Positions 29,091 through 37,568 of a stretch of DNA of 64,000 nt are shown piece by piece (the first letter of the stretch is position 1; each line of letters starts with the position of its first letter). The translations under genes were made by a program, and so were the position numbers. The notes under the pieces were generated by a model, which was not told the origin of the DNA, made no database searches, and was given only the letters and a program-made list of their open reading frames with translations. Origin of the DNA: a virus; the IMG/VR virus record IMGVR_UViG_3300031722_000008, positions 32,001-96,000 of that record. One strand, given 5' to 3'.

Positions 29091-30236
29091 TTACCTTTTC
29101 TTTTTTTGTTCATCAAGCATTGATTTTGTTTTCATTCCTGTATTATATTGCATATGAGAAGATGATGCATTCAATGCTCCCCCAGCTACTCCTGTTCCTA
29201 GAGTAGTTAATGCGGTAAGCGCTCTTTCTCCACCTTCTGATACTTTCTTTCCACCGTAATAGTTTTTAGAAAGGTCCTCACCTACATCTTGCAATTTAGA
29301 ATTTATATCTCTAACTCTTTTACCTGAATCAGCCATACCTTTCATGTGATTTAATGCTTCTTCCTGTTCTTTCTTTGATAACCTCTTGCCCTTTTTAGCT
29401 GCATTAAATAGTTGTTCGGCTTTATCTACGCCACCCATTGTTTTATTAGATTCCCTCATTAAATCGCCACCAAGTCCTTGGAATTCGGATAGCTTACCTA
29501 GTGATTTAGTGTATTTCATTACTCTTTTTGGATTAAAGGAATCCATACTTCCTTTTGCCATATTCATAAGATTATGTGATAACCCTGGCATTTTCTTTCT
29601 TACTGCAAGTGCTGCTGCCCCTGTCATTGCTGCTGGCATTAATGCGCCTGTTGCTGCTCCACTAATAAATCCACTGGCGTCTCCTACAGCTTTATGAATC
29701 TTATGATGCTTTTCATTTTGCAGAGAGTTTCTAAATGTACTAACTCCTGTTGGGTCAAACCCCGATACAAAATCTTTCATATATGATGATTCTGCTAATT
29801 TTTCACAAGCTATCTTTTCTATTTGTTCTTTATAATTCATATTTGCCTCCTTATTCATCCAATTATTAAATTTACCTATTTGCTCAATCAAGTGTTTCGG
29901 ATTACCATCAAAGCATACTGCATTATCATCGACATACATTATTGCTGGTGGTTTTTCTTTTGCCACCCCATCTACTTTAATATCATATTTTTCTAGCCAT
30001 TTTTTAATAGCATCTATCCCACCTTTTTGGAAACATCTGGTAGATACAACAACGATTTTATAATCTTGCCTTAATTTATCTATAGCTTCTTTTATTCCCT
30101 CTACTGGTTTATCAGGTATATTGGTTGTTCCTTTCCAACCACTAATATAGGAGTGAATCACTCCGTCAAAATCAAACACTATGGTTTTTTTAGCGCTTGC
30201 TATTTTTTCTATTAATTTCTTATAATTCAACATCAT
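29091..30236 (-). CDS. Two-module tagged protein: HAD-like phosphatase plus Gly-rich module
   Basis: NYKKLIEKIAS start, FDFDGV...VVVSTR...YVDD (HAD motifs), internal KEANMNYKEQIEKIACEKLA. Confidence 0.7.
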   Translation of the reverse strand: MMLNYKKLIEKIASAKKTIVFDFDGVIHSYISGWKGTTNIPDKPVEGIKEAIDKLRQDYKIVVVSTRCFQKGGIDAIKKWLEKYDIKVDGVAKEKPPAIMYVDDNAVCFDGNPKHLIEQIGKFNNWMNKEANMNYKEQIEKIACEKLAESSYMKDFVSGFDPTGVSTFRNSLQNEKHHKIHKAVGDASGFISGAATGALMPAAMTGAAALAVRKKMPGLSHNLMNMAKGSMDSFNPKRVMKYTKSLGKLSEFQGLGGDLMRESNKTMGGVDKAEQLFNAAKKGKRLSKKEQEEALNHMKGMADSGKRVRDINSKLQDVGEDLSKNYYGGKKVSEGGERALTALTTLGTGVAGGALNASSSHMQYNTGMKTKSMLDEQKKKR

Positions 30237-30374
30237 CAACTCCCTTCCTCCTTAGTATAAAATAAAAATAAGAAATAAGAAAGCTAATAAACTTTCGAAA
30301 TTTATGGTATAAGATATTAAAGCAGAAGAGCAACGATATCGTTGCTCTTCTCTAATTTTATGGAGGTATTAAAA

Positions 30375-30764
30375 ATGGAGAGAGTATCATTCAAAGAAGC
30401 AATAATAGAAAGTGCAAAAGATATGATTACAGATTTTACAGTGGACGGTGAGTGCTCAAATTGTGGTAATTGCTGTACTAATTTACTACCAATGAGCAAG
30501 GAAGAAATAAAGAGAGTCCAAAAGTATGTCACAGATAATAATATAAAGGAGCAGTCCAATATCAATCCATTAGAAAAATATCCACCAATAGATATGGTAT
30601 GTCCTTTCAGAAACAATAAGAATAAGTCTTGCAATATCCATGATGTTAGACCAAAAGTATGTAGAAAATTTATCTGCAACAAACCAGTAGAAGCTAAGAA
30701 AAATAGAGATTTATTCAGCAGAACATTACAGATAATTAATTGCAGAGCTACATTTTTTAAGTAG
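30375..30764 (+). CDS. YkgJ-like Cys-cluster (CxxCxxCC) protein
   Basis: CSNCGNCC...CPF...CNIHDVRPKVCRKFIC. Confidence 0.8.
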   Translation: MERVSFKEAIIESAKDMITDFTVDGECSNCGNCCTNLLPMSKEEIKRVQKYVTDNNIKEQSNINPLEKYPPIDMVCPFRNNKNKSCNIHDVRPKVCRKFICNKPVEAKKNRDLFSRTLQIINCRATFFK

Positions 30765-30776
30765 GGGGAATTAAAT

Positions 30777-30968
30777 ATGAAATTTGTAGGAATTATAAAA
30801 TTGAAAAATGGACACAATATACCAGTAAAAATAGATGCTGATAATGAAATTAAAGCGAAAGATGAAATTAAGGAAAACATTAGTCAAGTTACTAACCAAG
30901 AAGTAGAAGATATTATTTGTGCGAGTTTAAATTTTGGATTCAATATTATCACAAGGGGGCATCAATAG
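30777..30968 (+). CDS. Hypothetical protein
   Basis: ORF with GGGGA RBS. Confidence 0.5.
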   Translation: MKFVGIIKLKNGHNIPVKIDADNEIKAKDEIKENISQVTNQEVEDIICASLNFGFNIITRGHQ

Positions 30969-30970
30969 AA

Positions 30971-31657
30971 ATGCAATTATATTTATATGATCCAATGAAC
31001 AATGTTAAAACGCCAACCAGCTACAAATTATTATCAGGAATAACAGGAATGAACAAAGGAGATTTAGCAGTCTATAAGTCTAGACGTAATAAGCTTGGAG
31101 CTCTACATCGCTACATTGTTGATGAAAAAACAACCAAAGAAGAACTCTATGAATTAATGCTTAAAGAGAAACCTAAAGATGAAATATGGAAGAATGTTGA
31201 GAATGAATATCAAATAAGTAATTATGGTAGATTCAGAAGATTGTATAAATCTAAAGGACCAAGACTTCTGATGCCATACAGGAAGAAAAATAAGTGGCTA
31301 GTAGTAAAGATACATGGTAAGGAAGTAGAGATTCATAAGTTAGTTGCCCATGCATTCTTAGAAGTTCCTGAGGGCAAATGTATATATCATAAGAATGAAA
31401 ATATTTGGTACAACCATGTAAGTAATATAGGTTTTGCAACAAGAAAAGAACTTGGCGAAATGTTTGGTGGTAGTAGTTCAAAAGGAATCCCTGTATCAAA
31501 GATAGATTTAGATACAGGCGAAGTCTTAGATGAATATGATAACATGGCTGTCGCAGGTAGAGAAAATTATATGAGTAGAGAAGCTATAAGATTGGCCATT
31601 GAGGAAAATAGACCATCTTGTGGATTCGGTTGGAAGAAATGTGCTAATTGGGACTAA
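30971..31657 (+). CDS. NUMOD4/HNH-like/NUMOD1 homing-endonuclease-type protein
   Basis: EIWKNV..YQISNYGR (NUMOD4), IHKLVAHAFL...HKN...NHVSN, and a C-terminal DLDTGEVL..Y...AG module. Confidence 0.7.
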   Translation: MQLYLYDPMNNVKTPTSYKLLSGITGMNKGDLAVYKSRRNKLGALHRYIVDEKTTKEELYELMLKEKPKDEIWKNVENEYQISNYGRFRRLYKSKGPRLLMPYRKKNKWLVVKIHGKEVEIHKLVAHAFLEVPEGKCIYHKNENIWYNHVSNIGFATRKELGEMFGGSSSKGIPVSKIDLDTGEVLDEYDNMAVAGRENYMSREAIRLAIEENRPSCGFGWKKCANWD

Positions 31658-31681
31658 GTACCTAGTAAGGAGGAATTAATT

Positions 31682-31924
31682 ATGAAAAAAGATAAAATGT
31701 ATTGTGGTAAGGTATATATTGACGAGGAATTAAAAAATGTTCTGATTGAATATGGGGTAATAATATTAGGTATCTATGACAAGAAACTTAAATGTTATGA
31801 AAATTGTTTGATGTCAATCCCAGTCTTTAATAAGCTAATGTTATTAGCGAAGAAAGGTGCATTATATTTCGACGGTTCTTTAATGGCCAATGTAGATGAG
31901 TTACAAAAACATATTTCTTTATAG
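31682..31924 (+). CDS. Hypothetical protein
   Basis: AGGAGG RBS. Confidence 0.55.
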   Translation: MKKDKMYCGKVYIDEELKNVLIEYGVIILGIYDKKLKCYENCLMSIPVFNKLMLLAKKGALYFDGSLMANVDELQKHISL

Positions 31925-31966
31925 TATAAGATATTAAATAAAAATGAGGAAGAGAGTGTGGTAAAC

Positions 31967-32428
31967 ATGAAAAAAGAAATAATGATAGTAATAGGAATGG
32001 GAGTAACAGCAGTAGCAGGAACAATAACAACAGGAATTATAATGATGAACAGATTAAATAAAAATAATGAAGAATGGAGAGAAATTGTAATCAAAATAGA
32101 AAATGAATTAAAAGAGAAATTAAGTGATAAAGATATATCAGTAAAGGAATTAAGTGAAACAATAACTAGAAAGGAAAAAGTAATAAGAAACAGAAATGAA
32201 AAAATAAAACAACTAGAAGAAGATTTCAGAGATATAAATCATGAATTAGAAGAAGATTTAGAATTAAAGCATAGTACAATAGGTAGTTTAGAGAAGGAAG
32301 TTAAAAAATTAGAAGATGAATTAGATGATTCAATGAAAATAATATTAGAAAGGAATAATGAAATAAAGGAATTAAAAGATAGTATAGAAGAAACAAAGAA
32401 CATTAAAAATAATGAAGGGGATAAATAA
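31967..32428 (+). CDS. Membrane-anchored coiled-coil cassette protein
   Basis: Motif at 31924, IMIVIGMGVTAVAGTITTGII, heptad-rich tail. Confidence 0.7.
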   Translation: MKKEIMIVIGMGVTAVAGTITTGIIMMNRLNKNNEEWREIVIKIENELKEKLSDKDISVKELSETITRKEKVIRNRNEKIKQLEEDFRDINHELEEDLELKHSTIGSLEKEVKKLEDELDDSMKIILERNNEIKELKDSIEETKNIKNNEGDK

Positions 32429-32432
32429 AAAG

Positions 32433-32448
32433 GAGGGCGAAAGCCCTC
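32433..32448. terminator. GAGGGC-GAAA-GCCCTC hairpin (repeated family)
   Basis: The same hairpin followed by aaaatctt occurs at about 32433, 36386, 36820 and 37081. An inverted copy is at about 37531. Confidence 0.75.
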
Positions 32449-32457
32449 AAAATCTTT

Positions 32458-32781
32458 TTACATCTTTTCAAAAGCTTCATCAACTATATCACTAGCTGTC
32501 TTTTGATTAGAAGCATATGCACCTCCAGCAGTTAATGCTCCAACACCTGCTCCTGTCCCAATCCTAGCTTTGTTTGTTGCTGACTTCGTAGCTTTCATAG
32601 CTTTCTCTGCATTCATTCTTTGTTCTGTAGCTCTATCAACTATAGCTGAACTTTTTAAATCTCCAGTCATATGCCTACCTTGTAAATAAGCATGATTTTT
32701 ACTTGTAGCTTCAAAAAGCCCCTCTGCCTCTTTTAATGATTTTCCATTGATTAAGTTCTTATAGGCGTTAAGTTTTCCCAT
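32458..32781 (-). CDS. Small tagged protein, paralog of module 1 of 22507..23697
   Basis: YKNLINGKSLKEA vs YKNLITGKTLKKA, and QKTASDIVDEAFEKM vs QKTASDIIEDQFEKIA. Confidence 0.7.
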   Translation of the reverse strand: MGKLNAYKNLINGKSLKEAEGLFEATSKNHAYLQGRHMTGDLKSSAIVDRATEQRMNAEKAMKATKSATNKARIGTGAGVGALTAGGAYASNQKTASDIVDEAFEKM

Positions 32782-32855
32782 ATTGATTCCTCCTTATTTT
32801 TTGATCTATTCTTAGTATAAGACATTAAAGAAAAATAAGAAAGAGAGTGATAAAA

Positions 32856-33197
32856 ATGAATGAACAAATATTAACATTAATAAACGAATTAGGAGAAGAA
32901 AGAGCAATTAGAGCTTTAGATAGAGAAATTAAATTAATAAAGAGAATTGAGAAGAATAAGCAACAAGAAATAGAAGATAGTAAGAAAATAAAACATATAG
33001 ACTTAGAAAAGGCTAGAATAGAAGAACTAGATTTACCAGGAGCAATATATATGGGATTACTTAACATAAAAGTATTTAACGTAAAAGATTTAATTAAATA
33101 TACAAGAGAAGAATTATTGAAAGTAAAAAGGTTAACTGAATATAGAGTAAGTAAAATAGAAGAACAATTAAAGAAATTTGGATTGAAATTAAAGTAA
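32856..33197 (+). CDS. RNA polymerase alpha-CTD-like domain protein
   Basis: IEELDL...LL..KVFNVKDLIKYTREELLKVKRL....SKIEEQLKKFGLKL aligns by eye with RpoA-CTD. Confidence 0.7.
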   Translation: MNEQILTLINELGEERAIRALDREIKLIKRIEKNKQQEIEDSKKIKHIDLEKARIEELDLPGAIYMGLLNIKVFNVKDLIKYTREELLKVKRLTEYRVSKIEEQLKKFGLKLK

Positions 33198-33279
33198 GAA
33201 TAAAGCGAGAGCCTTATTTTTATTAGTTCTTTTTTCTTAGTATAAGACATTAAAGAATAAAAGAAAGAGAGTGATAATT

Positions 33280-33450
33280 ATGAAAATAACAGATGGAATA
33301 GTGGCAGGAGCAGCAATAGGTTTAGGAATAGCAACAACAACAGTAATATTATTGGTAACAACAATAGGTATTGGAGCAGCAATGAAAGCAAATGAAGAAA
33401 AGATAAATGAGATAGCAGGCATAAACAAAAATGAAAGCGAGGTAAAATAA
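33280..33450 (+). CDS. 56-aa membrane cassette protein (not in the ORF track)
   Basis: MKITDGIVAGAAIGLGIATTTVILLVTTIGIGAAM, downstream of the motif at 33240. Confidence 0.65.
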   Translation: MKITDGIVAGAAIGLGIATTTVILLVTTIGIGAAMKANEEKINEIAGINKNESEVK

Positions 33451-33451
33451 T

Positions 33452-33736
33452 ATGAAAAAAGGATTAGTAGGAGCAGTAATGATAACATTAGGATTAGGAG
33501 TGACAGCAGCAATAGCAAATAAAAGCATAGACAAGGAATTAAATGAAACAGATTTTAAGGAACAACCAATAAAAAAAGGTTTAAAGATTATGGGAAAGAA
33601 AGCAGCAGTAGTAGCAACAGAAATAATGGCAATAACAATGGGACTAGCAGTGATAATAACAGCAGTAGCAAAAGATGATGATGAAGATTTTAATGAAGAA
33701 TTAGAAGAAGAAAAAGTAGAAACAATAGAAGAGTAA
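33452..33736 (+). CDS. Two-TM cassette protein with an acidic tail
   Basis: Two hydrophobic segments, coupled to the previous ORF. Confidence 0.65.
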   Translation: MKKGLVGAVMITLGLGVTAAIANKSIDKELNETDFKEQPIKKGLKIMGKKAAVVATEIMAITMGLAVIITAVAKDDDEDFNEELEEEKVETIEE

Positions 33737-33806
33737 AAAGAACAAAGTGGCGTAAAGTCACCTGTTCTTTTTACTTATATTTTAAATTTGAAAGGAAGTA
33801 ATTGAT

Positions 33807-36382
33807 ATGGAATATTCTGAAATGAAAAAGTTTTTAAAAGATAACAACACTACCGAGGAAGAAATGCAAGAGATGTGGGATTATTGTTTAGAAAGTGATC
33901 ACAAATTAATTGTTCAATTAGATAGGTGTGGAAAGTCATGGAGTGATATGAATACTCAAGCTTTATCAACATTAAGAACTGAATATGGGAAATTAAAACA
34001 CAAACTAAAGATTGGGTTTGTAGTGCCTGTATGGAGAAATAAGCCATTCGATGAATTTTCTGATGAAGAGTTATTAGAGTATTGGTTCAGATTAAGATTA
34101 GTAGCTAAAGTAAATGGGTGTGAAGTTATCACTAAAGATAGTTCCAGCGCAGATATGTATGTTGCTGAACTACAAAACCAAATATTAGGAAGAATGAGTA
34201 AAGATAAAGGAGCTGAATAGTATATGTTTATCTTGAGATTACTGTTTGTATATTTTGTAGTGTTCATTGCATATGCAGTTAAAGGAGTATTTTATGTTTT
34301 AAATACTCCTTTTCGCCTATTCAAAAATAATAGATAAGAGGGAGAAGTGTTATGAATAATATCGGATTAGTTAATAGATTAAACGATGCTAAGGGGCAAA
34401 TAGGAGCAGACAAAATAGTTCATGATTTAATGACTTTTTGTGATTCAGATTTTATAGAATTATTTGTAGAGTTCTTGGAAGAAGAAAATGAAATAAGTAC
34501 AAGTAAAGAGGGGGATAGTTATGGGAGAAAAAGTAATTAGAAAATTTTCTCAAGATTCAGCAACATATTCAGGAAGAATGGCAATAGAAGAAAATGATTA
34601 TGAAGATGAGATAACCATTATGCTTTATGATGAGAAAACTAATCTCATTGGAGAAATTACAGTACAATGGGTGTTATCTGATGCCCAAGTAATACCTAAA
34701 ATGACTGTGTTTAACGATGCATGGAAAGCATTATCTAAGTGTTATGACTTAATAGGTTTACTAAGTCAACATGATAATGAGAAAACAAGTCCTGAACAGT
34801 TCCGTAAATATTTAATAGATCTTGGATTCGAAGAATCATAAGGAGGAGAGATAGTTATGTTTAGGTATTCCATTAAGTATTTAAATCATTCAATTAAAAA
34901 TAAGAGATTGGGGTTAATAGCAGGTGTTCCAGATGAAAGTACTCGCAAAATAAAGTTATTTTGGGAGGAATCTCGCAAGGACAGACAATATAGATTAAGA
35001 AAATCTATAGGTAAAGATAAGTATGATAAAAAGCAAATAAGGAGAGATATGTTATGCAAATAATATTAAGCAAACAAGAATATGACAAGCTATCAGAGGG
35101 TGGCAAGAATAATTTAATACCAGGAATTAAAGATATGAGAACTAAGGAGATAAAGAAAAAGAAGAAAGAAAGCCAATATGTAGTTACTCTTGATGGTAAT
35201 GATAGAGATGTTTTATATACACTTCAAACGTTATTAGCTGTTCAAGGAGCAAGAGATACTTTAGATACATTAACCAATTATACTAGCAAGATCAAGAGGA
35301 TAAACTTAGAGAATTTCAGTATTACCAAGCCATTGGAATTTATTGATTATACTGAAGGATGGAAAGACTCATTAGGTAATGACGATGAAGTTAAAGTTGT
35401 AACTGGGTTTTTTCATGATCCCAATCCATCGGATAATTCAGCGTATCAAGTAAAACTTGGATTACCTCGTAAATTTAGGCAAGGATTTTTAACGTCTAAC
35501 CCATTGGATCGTATGCATGATGATGAATTTCAGCAATTTTTGAAACGAGTAGGTATGTCAGATAGACCTAGAATTTCTGACATGCAAAATAAACAAGATG
35601 AAACCATAGAGCAATGGACAGCTAAACAAGTGTCCGAATCTATGATTCCTGAAATTCTTAGAAAAGAGGAGTTAGAGAGACTTCAAAGATTCATGTGTCC
35701 AGACAAGCATAGAGTACCTGATGTTGATTACTTTGATATGCCATTCCAATTTAGTAAAGATATTCAGATTGAAATGAATCAGCTCCTGAATCGATATCCT
35801 CGAACTTGTTGCGATTACATGAAAAATAAGAACGATGATGTCAAAATAATTTGGGAAAAAGATACTTTTATTAATAGGCACTGGATTGAACGTTCAGAAG
35901 TTATTTCAGAGAATCGCAGAGATTGGACAGTAACTGTCAACGGAAAATATACTATTGTTTTCTCCAGAAATATCAATATTACAAAAAGAGATTTAGAGAA
36001 TGAATTGGTTGAGTGCAAGACTATGGGTGAATTATATAAGATGTGGCTTGATAGAGATGGCAAAAAAAGAGATGAATCCACACTAACTAGTTACTTCGAT
36101 GATTCTTTGTTCGATGAGACCAAGCCAAACAAATATAATAAAGCTTGGGACAGAAATACAATCATCAACGAATATGAAGTGACAGGCGAACCCCATATCA
36201 CTAACAATAATAGTATATGGAAAATTATAGTAAATAAAAAATATGAAATCATATTGATGAGAAAAAATGATGAGACTAAGGAAAATCTAGAAAGAGCTAT
36301 TAGTACATGCTCTAAGTTTCAGGATTTACTTAGAGTTACTCGTACTGTATTCATGCCAGTTAATGAAATAAAGGAAAAATAG
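33807..36382 (+). other. Hypothetical genes (33807-34220, 34352-34540, 34521-34841, 34857-35063, 35054-36382)
   Basis: Coupled ORFs with RBSs. The 442-aa protein has an internal repeat (W.KDT.IN...W...VN.KY.I...R). Confidence 0.6.
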
Positions 36383-36461
36383 AATGAGGGCGAAAGCCCT
36401 CAAAATCTTTGCTATTTTCTTGTATAAGACATTAAAGAATAAAAGAAAGAGAGTGATTAAT

Positions 36462-36677
36462 ATGAAAAAAGATAAAATGATAATTGGATATGTAGTAGGA
36501 GTAGTAGCGGTGATAACAGCACAAAAAGTAAGTGAACATATAATAAAAAATAAGACAAATGAAGGTGTAAAAGCAGTATTATATTTAGCAGTACATGCAG
36601 GGATAGGATTAGCAGCAGGATTAGTAATGAGAGCATTAGATACAAACAATAATGAAATTGAAGGCGAGGTAGAATAA
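36462..36677 (+). CDS. Two-TM cassette protein
   Basis: Motif and leader at 36422. The likely start is ATG 36462, not 36384. Confidence 0.65.
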   Translation: MKKDKMIIGYVVGVVAVITAQKVSEHIIKNKTNEGVKAVLYLAVHAGIGLAAGLVMRALDTNNNEIEGEVE

Positions 36678-36678
36678 T

Positions 36679-36816
36679 ATGAAAAAAGATATAATATTAG
36701 CAATAGGAATATCAGCAATAGTTGGGTTCGTAGCAGGAACAATAGTAACAATACAAGATGTAAGAGGTGATGTAGATAAATTAAGAGGAAAAATTAAAGA
36801 TTATGAAAATAAATAA
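36679..36816 (+). CDS. 45-aa membrane cassette protein (not in the ORF track)
   Basis: MKKDIILAIGISAIVGFVAGTIVTIQ... Confidence 0.6.
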   Translation: MKKDIILAIGISAIVGFVAGTIVTIQDVRGDVDKLRGKIKDYENK

Positions 36817-36895
36817 AAAGAGGGCGAAAGCCCTCAAAATCTTCGCTTATTTATAGTATAAGACATTAAAGAATAAAAGAAAGAGAGTGATAGAT

Positions 36896-37075
36896 ATGAG
36901 TAGATTAGAACAAATAAATGCAGAGATTAGTAGAATAGATAGTAAAGTTAAAGTGATAACAGAAAGACCGTTCAGAAGTGAAAAAGATGAAGAAAGTAGA
37001 GAATTAGCAGTAAATGGATTAATGGATGAAAGAGATGAATTATTTAAAGAAAAAACAAAATTAGAAGCAAAATAA
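36896..37075 (+). CDS. Small helical-hairpin cassette protein
   Basis: Motif and leader at 36856, hairpin downstream. Confidence 0.6.
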   Translation: MSRLEQINAEISRIDSKVKVITERPFRSEKDEESRELAVNGLMDERDELFKEKTKLEAK

Positions 37076-37168
37076 AAAAGGAGGGCGAAAGCCCTCAAAA
37101 TCTTTGCTATCTTGTGGTATAAGAAATTAAAGAATACGTAATAAATAAAAAGAAAGAGAGTGATAAAT

Positions 37169-37525
37169 ATGAAAGATAAGATAATATTAGCAGTAGTAGC
37201 AGGGGTAACAGTATTAGGAGGAATAGTAGCAACAGCATTATTAATATCAAATACAAAAGCAAATAAAGAGCGAATGGAATTGGATAAGGCAACAGAAGAA
37301 TTAGATAGGTCAACAGAAGAATCAATAGATAGAGTAACTGAAATTATAGTTAAAGAAGTAGGAGTAGATGCATTAGATCAATGTAAAAATGAAATAGTAA
37401 GAAGTTATATTAAGAGCATAGCAAAAAATGATAGCAGGATACTAACAATTGAAGAGCAGAAAATAGTAGAAGATGAAATTACAAAATCAATAGACAGAAT
37501 GAAACAAAAATATAAAGCAATATAA
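37169..37525 (+). CDS. Membrane-anchored cassette protein
   Basis: Motif at 37117, IILAVVAGVTVLGGIVATALLI. Confidence 0.7.
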   Translation: MKDKIILAVVAGVTVLGGIVATALLISNTKANKERMELDKATEELDRSTEESIDRVTEIIVKEVGVDALDQCKNEIVRSYIKSIAKNDSRILTIEEQKIVEDEITKSIDRMKQKYKAI

Positions 37526-37568
37526 AAAAGGAGGGCTTTCGCCCTCAATATCTTTTTTTCTTTTATAT

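Noticed and set aside
32815-37131. Motif and hairpin repeats as a CRISPR array or true integron
   Set aside because: Spacing is irregular and gene-sized. I recognised no cas or integron-integrase gene and no attC-like structure in the window.
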